Shown: positions 1 through 10,002, counted from the first letter of the stretch. The stretch is 64,000 nt of DNA from an uncultured Dorea sp. (GCA_947063855.1 CAMSTW010000004.1:6677-70676), one strand, 5' to 3'. Notes: a model not told the origin generated them from the sequence alone. A program made the numbers and translations.

Positions 1-135
1 CATACGGAAATGACACTGGAAGATATTGCCATGCGCCTTGGGTTCAGCAATGGGAATTATTTCAGCAAGGTGTTCAAGAAGAATGTGGGACAAAGCCCCA
101 GGGACTACCGGAGCAGATGTTCCACCGTTATCTGA
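1..135 (+). CDS. AraC-family transcriptional regulator, C-terminal end (partial, 5' end outside window)
   Basis: Frame 1 reads HTEMTLEDIAMRLGFSNGNYFSKVFKKNVGQSPRDYR..., the AraC second HTH signature (IA..LGF....YFS+VFKK..G.SP..YR); TGA at 133-135. Confidence 0.85.
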   Translation, partial: HTEMTLEDIAMRLGFSNGNYFSKVFKKNVGQSPRDYRSRCSTVI

Positions 136-189
136 GGCCATATGCAAAAGAGACCGGCCCAAACACCGTCTGGCAGCATAATCCCTATA

Positions 190-702
190 TTAACCTAGTA
201 CATGCACCCCGCCAAGCAGTACATAGGAGATAAACCACATGATCACCGTCGCCATGAAGATGCCTAAGATCACCGCCGGAAACGCCTTCTTGAACTTCAC
301 TCCAAGCAGCGCCGCAATCAGCGATCCTGTCCATGCCCCGGTTCCCGGAAGCGGGATCCCCACGAACAACACCAGTCCCCAGAACTCATACTTCTCAATC
401 TGATCGCTCTTACTCATCGCCTTGGACTCAAGCCGATCCACCATAGGCTTAAACAGCTTCGTTCCCTTCATCCAGTTGAATACCGGCGTAATCAGAAGCA
501 GGATAAACGGCACCGGAATAATATTTCCTATGATACACAGTGGTATCGCCTTCGCCACCGGCACGCCAAGCAGCGGTCCCGCGACCAGAAGCGCGCCGCG
601 AAGCTCCAGGATGGGTATCATGGATATGATAAATACGATTGCTTCCTTCCCGACACTCCCGCCCAGGGCGTCGATAATACTCTGTACTAATGTTTCGGTC
701 AT
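190..702 (-). CDS. Small multidrug export family membrane protein (COG2426-like)
   Basis: Hydrophobic ORF with SMIPILELRGA and FVGIPLPGTGAWTG motifs; start moved to MTETLVQ after AGAAGGAG RBS. Confidence 0.8.
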   Translation of the reverse strand: MTETLVQSIIDALGGSVGKEAIVFIISMIPILELRGALLVAGPLLGVPVAKAIPLCIIGNIIPVPFILLLITPVFNWMKGTKLFKPMVDRLESKAMSKSDQIEKYEFWGLVLFVGIPLPGTGAWTGSLIAALLGVKFKKAFPAVILGIFMATVIMWFISYVLLGGVHVLG

Positions 703-802
703 AGATATTCTCCTTCTATCATCTTTATACTGTCTCACCCGGCAAAATTACCAGAATATTCCAAAGGATGCAGACTGAACCTCCAGATGCTGCGAAAATA
801 AA

Positions 803-1858
803 TTATCTCTTCATATATTCTCTCAAAAATGCAAATAAAGCCACCATCTCTTCCCTTGTTCCGATGGTAATCCGCATATACTGCTCGATCCTCTCACTTC
901 CCCAGTACCGGACATAGATGCCGTTCTTCTTCAAGGCCTCGAACATCTCCTTCGCATCATACTCCGGATGCATGGCAAAGATAAAGTTCGCGCTGGAATC
1001 AAGACAGCAGAATCCAAGCTGTGAGAGTTCCTCCTTCGCCCACTCCCGCGTCTGAATAATCTTACGAATCCCTTCTTCAAAATATGCCTTATCCTTCACC
1101 GCCTCTACGCCGCACGCAAGAGCCGCCTGGTTCATCGTATAGGAATTAAAGGAATACTTCGCATCATTCAGGTACTTGATCAGCGTCGGATTACTGATGG
1201 CATACCCAATCCGCATCCCCGCCATGGATCTTGCCTTGGAGAAGGTCTGTACCACAATCAGGTTGTCATACTTGTCAATCAGTTCCAGCGCAGAACGCCC
1301 CGCAAAATCCACATACGCTTCATCCACAATCACGATCACATCCTGATTCGCACGGATAATGTCCTCCACCACATGAAGTTCTTCATAAATCGCAGTCGGC
1401 GCATTCGGATTCGGGAAAATGACTCCGCCGTTCTCCTTAAAATAATCCTCCTTCACCACCCGGAAGCCCTCGTCAAGCTTCTGACACTCATAGGGAATCC
1501 GGTAAAGTTCCGCCCATACCTTATAGAAGGAATATGTAATATCCGGAAATAAAACCGGCTTCTCTGAGTTGAAAAATGTCAGGAAGCACATGGACAATAC
1601 ATCGTCCGATCCCACTCCCACGAACACCTGATCCGGATTCACATGGTAGAAATCTGCAAGCGCCTCAGTAAGCGGGGCGCACGTCGGATCCGGATAGAGC
1701 CTGAACCTGTCTGTATCAAGTTCTCTCAGGACTTTCGCCACTCCGGGCGCCGGCGGATAAGGATTCTCATTGGTGTTCAGTTTAATCACTTTATTCTGGG
1801 GCTGCTCCCCCGGTACGTAAGGCTCTACCTTACGTATATTCTTCTCAAATGCTTTCAT
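803..1858 (-). CDS. hisC: Histidinol-phosphate aminotransferase
   Basis: YVPGEQP, KLNTNENPYPP, VDEAY, TFSKARSMAGMRIGY (PLP lysine); start MKAFEKN. Confidence 0.92.
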   Translation of the reverse strand: MKAFEKNIRKVEPYVPGEQPQNKVIKLNTNENPYPPAPGVAKVLRELDTDRFRLYPDPTCAPLTEALADFYHVNPDQVFVGVGSDDVLSMCFLTFFNSEKPVLFPDITYSFYKVWAELYRIPYECQKLDEGFRVVKEDYFKENGGVIFPNPNAPTAIYEELHVVEDIIRANQDVIVIVDEAYVDFAGRSALELIDKYDNLIVVQTFSKARSMAGMRIGYAISNPTLIKYLNDAKYSFNSYTMNQAALACGVEAVKDKAYFEEGIRKIIQTREWAKEELSQLGFCCLDSSANFIFAMHPEYDAKEMFEALKKNGIYVRYWGSERIEQYMRITIGTREEMVALFAFLREYMKR

Positions 1859-1947
1859 ATGATTCTTTATCCTTTCCGCGACCTGTCTGTACTCGTACAG
1901 CATTGCGTAATTAACAGTGAATTTTGTTATACTAGTACTCCATTCGG

Positions 1948-3135
1948 CTAGAAATATTTCTTCGCAAGTTCCTGAAACTTCGGCAGTGAATTTACAATCG
2001 TCTCGTAAGCCACACAATAAGCAAGCCTCACATACCCGGGACACGCGAAAGAACTTCCCGGCACCAGAAGCAGGTTGTACTTCTTCGCCTCTGCACAGAA
2101 TTCCTTCTCATCGGCAACAGGAGACTTTACGAAGAGATAGAACGCGCCCTCCGGCCTGATACACTCAAAGCCGCACTCCTTCAGGCCGTTATACAAGGTC
2201 TCCCGGTTCCTGTCGTAGAAGGACAGATCCGTCTTCTCGTTGATACACTTCGCAACCACCTTCTGCTGCAGGGTAGGCGCATTGACAAACCCCAGGATAC
2301 GCGTCGCCACATTTGCCGCGGCCAGCACATCCTCACTGTCCTTCACCTCATCCGGAACCACCAGATAACCGATACGCTCTCCCGGGAGCGACAGAGACTT
2401 ACTGTAAGAATATCCCACAATGGTGTTGGCATAATATTTCGTAAGATATGGAACCTTAACCCCATCGTAGACCAGCTCGCGGTACGGCTCGTCAGAAATC
2501 AGATAGATATCCGTTCCATATTCCTCCTGCTTCGCTTCCATAATCGCCGCCAGCTTCTTGATGGTCTCCTCGGAATAGACAACTCCTGTAGGATTATTCG
2601 GCGTATTTACAATGACCGCCTTCGTCTTCGGCGTGATCTTCTGCCCAAACTCCTCAAGCTTCGGCTGGAAATCCACGGTATTCGGCGAGACCTCCACCAG
2701 GACGCCGTCGTAATTATTCGTATAAGAACGGTACTCTCCAAAATACGGTGCAAAGGCGATTACTTCATCACCTGGATTGATAAGGGTCTTCAGGATAACA
2801 TTCAATCCGCCCGCCGCTCCCACGGACATCACAATATTCTTTCCCTCAAAGTTCGTTCCAAAGCGTTCGTTCAGCGACTTCGCCACCGTCTCCCGCACAT
2901 CCGCATAACCGGAATTGCTGTTGGTATACCCATGAAGAACCACCGGATCATTCTCCTCCAGTAATTCTATGATTGCCTTCTTTACCGCCTCCGGCGCCGC
3001 CACATTGGGATTGCCAAGGCTGAAATCATATACATTCTCCGCTCCGTAGATCTGCGCAAGCCGGTTGCCCTCCTCGAACATCGCACGGATCGCCGAACTG
3101 TTTGCCACCATATTCTTCATCTTATCTGCTATCAT
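1948..3135 (-). CDS. PLP-dependent class I aminotransferase (aspartate/aromatic aminotransferase-like)
   Basis: SLGNP, NTPNNPTG, SDEPY, SYSKSLSLPGERIGY motifs. Confidence 0.9.
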   Translation of the reverse strand: MIADKMKNMVANSSAIRAMFEEGNRLAQIYGAENVYDFSLGNPNVAAPEAVKKAIIELLEENDPVVLHGYTNSNSGYADVRETVAKSLNERFGTNFEGKNIVMSVGAAGGLNVILKTLINPGDEVIAFAPYFGEYRSYTNNYDGVLVEVSPNTVDFQPKLEEFGQKITPKTKAVIVNTPNNPTGVVYSEETIKKLAAIMEAKQEEYGTDIYLISDEPYRELVYDGVKVPYLTKYYANTIVGYSYSKSLSLPGERIGYLVVPDEVKDSEDVLAAANVATRILGFVNAPTLQQKVVAKCINEKTDLSFYDRNRETLYNGLKECGFECIRPEGAFYLFVKSPVADEKEFCAEAKKYNLLLVPGSSFACPGYVRLAYCVAYETIVNSLPKFQELAKKYF

Positions 3136-3161
3136 ACTCTTATCTCCTTACTTGTACCCCG

Positions 3162-3260
3162 TTTACCTTCGCACGCTTAACCCGGACTTTCCACGTTTGC
3201 TTTTGCACGCCATACCCCAGGCTTTCCACATTTACCTTTGCACGCCATACCCTGGACTTT
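3162..3260. repeat. Intergenic tandem repeat, ~35 bp x ~3
   Basis: tttaccttcgcacgcttaacccggactttccacg / tttgcttttgcacgccataccccaggctttccaca / tttacctttgcacgccataccctggacttt. Confidence 0.85.
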
Positions 3261-3325
3261 TTGAAATCTGCCCCTGCTTCTCCAGATTTCCCGGCAAGCG
3301 AGACATCTATGGCGTCAACGAACTG

Positions 3326-4237
3326 CTAATTCGCAGCCACCTCTGTCACGTCGCCCTTCTCCACCATGAATACAGGACGATACGACAGCTTCGCCTTCCT
3401 GAGCCCTTCGGCTCCTGTATCCTCTTCCCTGTTCACGTAGAGATATTCCCTGCATTCATGCTCCACAAACTGCTGGTTGATCATCGGGTACGCCCCTTCC
3501 ACATCTGCAAACGCCTTCTCTATATGGACGACAAAGGTATCGGAGCAGACCGGCTCTCCGATGGTAAACGCCACGACCTCGCCGTCAATCTTCAGGATTC
3601 CTCCTGTCAGCTCCAGCTCTTCGAACAGCCGTAATGCATTCATCGTCACACAGATCTCCCCTCGCTTCTCGGGATCATCCTCACAGCCGTTCTGATCCCG
3701 CCACTTAAGCGCCATCTGGAAACACGCTTCCACATTATCGGCCGTAATCGCCTCGTATGACCATCTTCCGTCATACAGCGCCTTAAACTTATTGATATGG
3801 TTCCGCTTGCCGTGAAGCTTCTTTCCCGACAGTGTGGCAAGCTTCTCCGACTCATAGACATAATCCGCGCTGTCCCTGTCATATTCAATCCGGAATCTGC
3901 CCGGATACCATTCCTCCAGCTGTGCGAAATTGTCCGGCGTCAGGTTATACATCTGAAAAGGCATGCCCCGCCCCTTACAATAATCCATCAGCCACTCGAT
4001 CGCCCTTCGTACATCCACGGGATCTCCCGCCGGATATGCAAAAGCCAGATGCTCCTCATCTTCACTCTTGAACACCAGTGCATTCTCTACAATTGCCCAC
4101 TTCACCGGATACTGTCTGGACCATAAATACACATTGGCAAATGTCCGCTCGCAGCTCCGGCTCGTATGATGCGCAAAATAGTGTGAAATAATCTCCTTAT
4201 CTTCTAATTCTGCTCTTTTAAACTGTATCTCGTCCAT
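3326..4237 (-). CDS. DUF2156 / phosphatidylglycerol lysyltransferase-domain (GNAT-fold) protein
   Basis: DYVY, LSGKKLHGKRNHINKF, VVHIEKA, NREEDTGAEGLRKAKLSYRP motifs. Confidence 0.85.
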   Translation of the reverse strand: MDEIQFKRAELEDKEIISHYFAHHTSRSCERTFANVYLWSRQYPVKWAIVENALVFKSEDEEHLAFAYPAGDPVDVRRAIEWLMDYCKGRGMPFQMYNLTPDNFAQLEEWYPGRFRIEYDRDSADYVYESEKLATLSGKKLHGKRNHINKFKALYDGRWSYEAITADNVEACFQMALKWRDQNGCEDDPEKRGEICVTMNALRLFEELELTGGILKIDGEVVAFTIGEPVCSDTFVVHIEKAFADVEGAYPMINQQFVEHECREYLYVNREEDTGAEGLRKAKLSYRPVFMVEKGDVTEVAAN

Positions 4238-4343
4238 GTTCTGACCTTCTCTTATCTTATTTTTACAGAATCTGACTTATCTTCGTCAGCCAGTGTGCCC
4301 GATATCCATGCCGGCTGTGCGTCTGCTAACCGACGGCGCAGCG

Positions 4344-4490
4344 CTAATACTCTTCACATGCGGCATACATATCCTGCTCCGACTCCGCTTCTGCAATCTG
4401 CTCTTCTTTGGCAAGCACCGTAGACACGCACATCATGCAAAATACAATCACGATCGCCATTGATACCCGCACTCTCTTATAAAATTCCAT
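4344..4490 (-). CDS. Small putative secreted peptide (48 aa) or truncated gene remnant
   Basis: AAGGGGAG RBS then MEFYKRVRVSMAIVIVFCMMCVSTVLA-KEEQIAEAESEQDMYAACEEY*; signal-peptide-like N-terminus. Confidence 0.4.
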   Translation of the reverse strand: MEFYKRVRVSMAIVIVFCMMCVSTVLAKEEQIAEAESEQDMYAACEEY

Positions 4491-4843
4491 ATTCTTCTCT
4501 CCCCTTGATACTCCCTTTGCTACATATATAAGTTCCCTCGCTCTTCCCTGCGATGGCAAACTGTTCCTGCGTCTTCTCAATCCTGGCGTTCACTTATCTA
4601 TCTCCGCCTCAGTCTTCGAACCTGACCTTCTATCTTAAGTATCTCCCATTTATGATGTCTAATTCATACTTCTGATCAGATGGTTCGTTCTCCAGACATG
4701 ATTCTTTCCCTTAATCCTCTTCCCGATGCTGCCAGATACCACTTTTCATACCTCATGTCCGTGAAGCCTGTCGTACAAAGGCTCCTTCAGCCATAAGGAC
4801 TGCGCTTTCCTGATGACTTCCAGCAACATCTGTGACGAACCGC

Positions 4844-6583
4844 TTACAGATTCTCAAAATTACGATGATACAACGCTTCATAGATTCCTTTCTTCTGAAG
4901 CAGCTCCTCATGTGTCCCTTCTTCTGCGATTCCGTCTTCTGTCAGTACCAGGATCTTCTGTGCATTCTGTATCGTAGTCAGCCGGTGGGCGATCACGAAG
5001 GTCGTCCTCTCCTTCGCAAGTCCCTCCAGAGACTTCTGAACCACCTGCTCGCTCTCATTATCCAGTGCGGACGTGGCTTCATCAAAGATAAGTATCGGCG
5101 GATTCTTAAGGAAGACCCGCGCAATCGACAGACGCTGCTTCTGTCCGCCGGACAGCTTCACTCCCCGCTGGCCGATATCCGTATGATACCCCTGTGGGAA
5201 ACTCATAATAAACTCGTGTGCATTGGCGTTCTTCGCCGCTCTTACGACCTCCTCATCCGTCGCATCCATCCTGCCGTAGCGGATATTGTCAAGAATCGTC
5301 CCCGCAAACAGATACACATCCTGCTGTACGATTCCTACATTATTGCGCAGATCATTCAACTTGATATCACGGATATCCACCCCGTCAATCGTAATCGCTC
5401 CCGATGACACGTCATAGAATCTCGGAATCAGACTGCAAAGTGTCGTCTTCCCCACACCGGAAGGACCTACCAGCGCCATATAATCTCCCGCATCCACCTT
5501 CAGGTTAATATGGTTCAGCACCCTGTCATTCTGATCGTCATACTTGAAAGACACATCCTGAAATGCAATCTCGCCCCGCATCTGTCCCACAGAAACTGCA
5601 TCCGGCTTATCCTCGATATCCGGCGCAATGGACAGTATCTCAAGAAACCTCTCGAATCCCGAATAACCGTTCTGGAACTGCTCTGTGAACGTTACCAGCT
5701 TCTTGACCGGGTCCGTAAAATTATTGATATACAGAAGGAACGTGATCAGATCCGTAAGCGCCACCGTTCCCGCGAGCATCATACCTACCCCTGTGACCAG
5801 CACCACAACCGTGATCAGCGTACTCATGGCTCCAAGTCCGGAATTATAGATTCCCATGTACTTGTAGCTGACCTTCTTCGCCGCCACAAAGTTATCGTTC
5901 CCCCTCTTGAACTTCTTCATCTCTTCCTTTTCATTGGCAAATGACTTCACCACCCGGATTCCTGACAGACTGTCCTCAATCTGGCTGTTGATCTCCGCGA
6001 TCTTCTCCCGGTTCCTCTTGAACGCCTTGCCCATCTTCCCGTTAAAGTAGAAGGCAAATACCGCCATCAGCGGGATGAACGCGAAGGCCACCAGGGCGAG
6101 TCTTACATTGACCGCCAGAAGAATCGCAAAGGAACCTATGATCTTGATCACAGATATGACCAGATCCTCCGGCCCGTGATGCAGAAGCTCGCTGATATCG
6201 AACAGATCGCTGGTAATCCGGGACAGAAGATGCCCCACCTTCTGGTTATCATAGAACGCAAAGGTCAGCTTCTGGTAATGCCCGAAGATGTCCCTGCGCA
6301 TATCCGCTTCCATCTTCGCTCCCATGATATGGCCGAAATAAGCGATATAAAAATTACAGAAAATCTCCAGCAGCACCAGCGCAACCATCAGACCGCCAAG
6401 CATCAGGACAGACTGCTTTGCTCTCACAGGCTCAAAGTACACCACCTCATTAGTGATGTATCTTATGACCAGCGGAATGACCAGCGTCACTACCGCGCCA
6501 AGGATCGCAAAGAACATGTCACTGTAGAACAATCCTTTGTATGGCGTATAATAGGCAAATAATTTCTTAAGCTTCTCCTTCAT
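4844..6583 (-). CDS. ABC transporter, fused permease/ATP-binding subunit (type IV exporter)
   Basis: N-terminal TM helices; GPSGVGKT Walker A, LSGGQKQR signature, IFDEATSALD. Confidence 0.92.
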   Translation of the reverse strand: MKEKLKKLFAYYTPYKGLFYSDMFFAILGAVVTLVIPLVIRYITNEVVYFEPVRAKQSVLMLGGLMVALVLLEIFCNFYIAYFGHIMGAKMEADMRRDIFGHYQKLTFAFYDNQKVGHLLSRITSDLFDISELLHHGPEDLVISVIKIIGSFAILLAVNVRLALVAFAFIPLMAVFAFYFNGKMGKAFKRNREKIAEINSQIEDSLSGIRVVKSFANEKEEMKKFKRGNDNFVAAKKVSYKYMGIYNSGLGAMSTLITVVVLVTGVGMMLAGTVALTDLITFLLYINNFTDPVKKLVTFTEQFQNGYSGFERFLEILSIAPDIEDKPDAVSVGQMRGEIAFQDVSFKYDDQNDRVLNHINLKVDAGDYMALVGPSGVGKTTLCSLIPRFYDVSSGAITIDGVDIRDIKLNDLRNNVGIVQQDVYLFAGTILDNIRYGRMDATDEEVVRAAKNANAHEFIMSFPQGYHTDIGQRGVKLSGGQKQRLSIARVFLKNPPILIFDEATSALDNESEQVVQKSLEGLAKERTTFVIAHRLTTIQNAQKILVLTEDGIAEEGTHEELLQKKGIYEALYHRNFENL

Positions 6584-6718
6584 GAATATTCTGCTTCCTC
6601 TTTCCTCAAAATAAGAATGTGCCCGGACACATCCATCCGGCGTATTTCCTTATTGTATCAAGATTCTCATAAGAATACAAGACGGGATTTTACCAATATT
6701 TTCATCTTAAACCTATCT

Positions 6719-8290
6719 TCACTTCACATATTTCTCAATTATACACTCGTGGAGCTTTTCCTTTTTCCTGTAATTGATACCCACCAGTAATATATCCCCT
6801 GTATATTCCCTGACCCAGGAGACGTACTCCTTGTCTCGGATCTGATCAATGGCTCCTCTGGCTGATTTGTCCCATTTCAACTCCACCACAAGCGCCGGAT
6901 AATCCGCATCCCGCTTCGGAAGATAGACCACATCCGCAAAACCATTTCCAGACGGCAGTTCCAACAATGGGTTCATATAATATGCTTTAGCGCTGTAATA
7001 TGCCATAAGGATAGTGCAAGTAAGGGCGTTCTCATTATTATACTCCAGCATCGATGCCGTCTCATTGTGTATCGCAGCTATCCCTTCTGCCACTGCTTTC
7101 GAATCCAAAGCCCATGTACTTTTCAACAGTTCATCCGAACGGTTCAAAGCACTTATCAGCCCTCCCCATCCCGGCTCATCAACCACATTCAGGAATTCCT
7201 GCGCAATCTCCTGATTCGGAATATATGCCTTTTCTTTCGTCTCATCATAAGCCAGATATCCCAGATGGATCAACAGAGTCAGCACGTCGTCCTTCGTCTT
7301 AAATGTAGTCATATCATTCTGAAACTTCCGCGTGTTTATCTCACACTGTCCATTTCCAAGCATCTTTATGACAGCTTCCTTAAGACCGTCATAATTCCTG
7401 TCAATATATACCTTCAATGCTTCATAGGTTTCCGTCCCTGTCCAGTAACTTTTAATCTTCTTTCTCCGCATGACATCAACAACCGACTTCGGGTTATAGA
7501 TATGCTTACCATTCAGAAGATATCCGTCATACCATCTCTGTACCTCGGCAAAATCTACACCAAACTGAATACACAGATCTAAAACTTCTTTCTCCGTAAA
7601 TCCAAAATACTCCGACAACTCTGCTGAATCCGTCATGGAATATTCATCGAAAATATTAATCGCAGAATGATCCCCATACTTTTTAATCGGAAGAATCCCT
7701 GTCATATAGACCAATTCTACATATTCAGACCCCTTAAACAATCCACGCAGAAAATTTAAATACTTCTGCTGACAGTCCGTACGGTCTTTCGCCAGACGAA
7801 ACACACAATCCCATTCATCAATGATAAATATAAATTTCTCTCTTATATTGGCATATATCTGTTCCAGAACGCCGGGCAGCCCATATGGATCTGGCTCAAA
7901 ATACTCTCCGTACACTCTCTCAAGCTCTCTTGTTACCACTTCCTGAATTCTGTCAATAAAAATATCCAGATGTGATTCGTCAAACAAAAATCTCTGTACA
8001 TCCAGCCGAATTACATTGTGCTTGTTGAGCTGGGATGCGAATGAATCCTCACTCTCTATTTCTCTCCCTGCAAATAACTCACCTGATTGACACCCCCGGC
8101 TGTAATATGCCGTCAGCATATCCGCAGCCATAGACTTCCCAAAACGGCGCGGCCTGCTGACGCAGACATATTTTTCCTTCGTATTTAAAACGAGATTCAT
8201 ACGTGTGATTAATCTGCTCTTGTCTACATATATCATGGAATTTACAGCTTCTTTGAATGCTTCATTCCCCGGATTCACATAAATACCCAT
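6719..8290 (-). CDS. AAA-ATPase-like protein with C-terminal PD-(D/E)XK nuclease domain
   Basis: SRPRRFGKS P-loop, IIDEWD Walker B, YDGY..YNP, C-terminal ELPSGNGFAD...VVELKW; start MGIYVNPG. Confidence 0.85.
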   Translation of the reverse strand: MGIYVNPGNEAFKEAVNSMIYVDKSRLITRMNLVLNTKEKYVCVSRPRRFGKSMAADMLTAYYSRGCQSGELFAGREIESEDSFASQLNKHNVIRLDVQRFLFDESHLDIFIDRIQEVVTRELERVYGEYFEPDPYGLPGVLEQIYANIREKFIFIIDEWDCVFRLAKDRTDCQQKYLNFLRGLFKGSEYVELVYMTGILPIKKYGDHSAINIFDEYSMTDSAELSEYFGFTEKEVLDLCIQFGVDFAEVQRWYDGYLLNGKHIYNPKSVVDVMRRKKIKSYWTGTETYEALKVYIDRNYDGLKEAVIKMLGNGQCEINTRKFQNDMTTFKTKDDVLTLLIHLGYLAYDETKEKAYIPNQEIAQEFLNVVDEPGWGGLISALNRSDELLKSTWALDSKAVAEGIAAIHNETASMLEYNNENALTCTILMAYYSAKAYYMNPLLELPSGNGFADVVYLPKRDADYPALVVELKWDKSARGAIDQIRDKEYVSWVREYTGDILLVGINYRKKEKLHECIIEKYVK

Positions 8291-8354
8291 AATCCTTACG
8301 TCTCCCCATACTATTATCTCTAAATCTACTTTTTTACTTTGTACCCGCACCTTC

Positions 8355-8418
8355 GCAGTATAATGAAAGGCGTAAGATTCTTACTTGATGAGCAAGAAGC
8401 TGTACGCCTTTATGCTGC
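8355..8418 (-). other. Long hairpin in 5' leader of the AAA/PD-(D/E)XK gene
   Basis: Arms aaaggcgta/tacgccttt with outer gcag/ctgc and inner ttcttac/gcaagaa pairing. Confidence 0.5.
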
Positions 8419-8494
8419 CTGTTCAATTGTCCCTGTTCTTTGATTCCATCAAGTTCCGGCAGGTTTCCCAAAAGTACCGTCCACTCGTGTTTTT

Positions 8495-8523
8495 ATTATA
8501 TCAACTTGGTATTTCCGTGTAAA
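8495..8523 (-). promoter_or_regulatory. Sigma70-type promoter
   Basis: Minus strand TTTACA-17 bp-TATAAT about 200 bp upstream of the 8290 start. Confidence 0.6.
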
Positions 8524-8563
8524 GCCTCTTATTGCAATTATCTCAGGGGTATTTACCTGTACC

Positions 8564-8605
8564 AAAAAAGATTGTCAGGAAACACTGTCTTTCCCAACAA
8601 TCTTT
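8564..8605 (-). terminator. Intrinsic terminator
   Basis: Inverted repeat aaagattgtcaggaaa/tttcccaacaatcttt followed by a T-run on the minus strand, after the LytTR-SdpI gene cluster. Confidence 0.6.
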
Positions 8606-8609
8606 CAAT

Positions 8610-8753
8610 TTACTTTATTCCACTTGCATCTGTCCGACAGTTGTCACGAGAGTTCTCTCTCATCTCTTCCACCGATAAGAATCTGTTATAGAGCCGCATC
8701 TCAAAGATCCTGTTCGCTATCGCAACATTCTTTCCATCTGTATGCCTTAGCAT
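8610..8753 (-). pseudogene. Short fragment resembling an internal segment of an AAA-like ATPase
   Basis: 47-aa ORF MLRHTDGKNVAIANRIFEMRLYNRFLSVEEM...; recalled similarity to the (V/I)ANRIFE.RLYN.FLS segment of clostridial AAA-like proteins, not searched. Confidence 0.45.
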
Positions 8754-8792
8754 GCAGAAAAAAGCTGCCAGTGGCAGGTTTTCTGTAACGCC

Positions 8793-9134
8793 TCAAAACC
8801 GCCTCGCAAGCGCTACCTCCACCGGAACCACCGACAGACACAGACAGACAATCTGCGCTCCAACCACCCATTCAGACACCGTCTCATAATCTCCGCCCCG
8901 AAATACCAGTATGACTACTGCCGAGATCACAGCAATGACCGCACCCCATTTCATCCAGATTCCCGCAAAGTATGTCTGCGCAAAATCCCACGCCTCCTGG
9001 CTCTTCATGGATCTGCCTGAACGATATCCCATTCCCCAGTTCCTGTCCCGCACCGGATGCTTTCGCATCACCATACCCACTACAGAGATACTCACCGGCG
9101 TCAGAATCGTCATACAAAATATGAAGAAAAACAT
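8793..9134 (-). CDS. SdpI/YfhL family immunity-like membrane protein
   Basis: N..GYRS..SMKSQEAWDFAQ...G motif with flanking TM helices. Confidence 0.8.
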   Translation of the reverse strand: MFFFIFCMTILTPVSISVVGMVMRKHPVRDRNWGMGYRSGRSMKSQEAWDFAQTYFAGIWMKWGAVIAVISAVVILVFRGGDYETVSEWVVGAQIVCLCLSVVPVEVALARRF

Positions 9135-9196
9135 ACCCTCACCTCTTTCAAATCACGCGTTTCATCCCGCCAGAACAATGCAGTAATAATCGGTCC

Positions 9197-9535
9197 TCAC
9201 TTCATCTTATATTTCCCAAATGCTTTCTCTTCATCCAGATGCACGTCCCGGAAAAACACGATAAGCCAGATGACCCCCGCCGCAATTGCCACATTCCGGG
9301 ATGAAGTCAGGTAAGACAGGATACTGCCGATTCCCAGGATAACCGCCCACAGAAGAAAAGCATTCCTCTGATCCTTACTCATCCGCTCCCTGTCATACTG
9401 TTCTCTCTGCTCCTTTGGCATGGTGTTGAATCCCGCAATCAGGATTGCCGCCTTTCCTTTGAGAAATGTAAACAGAATTGCCATTCCAAAAAAAATCATA
9501 CTCACTGTCCCGCACATAGCCACTCCACTATCCAT
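9197..9535 (-). CDS. DUF3784-like membrane protein
   Basis: KGKAAILIAGFNTMPKEQREQYD motif, three TM segments. Confidence 0.75.
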   Translation of the reverse strand: MDSGVAMCGTVSMIFFGMAILFTFLKGKAAILIAGFNTMPKEQREQYDRERMSKDQRNAFLLWAVILGIGSILSYLTSSRNVAIAAGVIWLIVFFRDVHLDEEKAFGKYKMK

Positions 9536-9567
9536 ACATGCTCCCTTCAAACTGCCCGCTTTCCTAT

Positions 9568-10002
9568 CTACTTTATGAAAAAACCGCCCACCTTCATATC
9601 CTCGTCAAAGGATATCGTGAACTGCGCCTTGCGCTTCTCATATTGTACCCGTATCACCGCGACCGCAAACTCCTGCTCCGTATCCTTGTCCGTGCTTCCC
9701 GTAACCGCTTCCTTATCAAATTCCTCAAACGGGCCAAGTTCTTCCATAATCGGAAGGATCTCATCTGTCAGCACATCCTTGCCTACCATACTCTTCATAA
9801 CGGCGTTCCATTTTTCATCCACAAGGGTGTCCACATCGCCATCATTCAGGATTTCTATCACTTCTTCCGCCTCCGCCTTTACCTCTGCCTCATCAAACTT
9901 ATCCGACAGCTTCTGATTTCCCGCGCATGCTGTCAGTCCGCCAGCCAGCAATACTGCCATCAGAACTACGCCTGCAAAATTCCTTGTCTTTCTCACTTTC
10001 AT
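9568..10002 (-). CDS. DUF3887-like lipoprotein
   Basis: Lipobox LTAC; C-terminal YEKRKAQFTISFDEDMKVGGFFIK. Confidence 0.7.
   Translation of the reverse strand: MKVRKTRNFAGVVLMAVLLAGGLTACAGNQKLSDKFDEAEVKAEAEEVIEILNDGDVDTLVDEKWNAVMKSMVGKDVLTDEILPIMEELGPFEEFDKEAVTGSTDKDTEQEFAVAVIRVQYEKRKAQFTISFDEDMKVGGFFIK

Noticed and set aside
1859-2044. N-terminal extension of hisC overlapping the aminotransferase
   Set aside because: HisC similarity begins at MKAFEKN (1858), which has its own RBS-like sequence
4600-4840. Hidden gene or ncRNA downstream of the ABC transporter
   Set aside because: Only short ORFs without RBS or motifs, and no convincing structure
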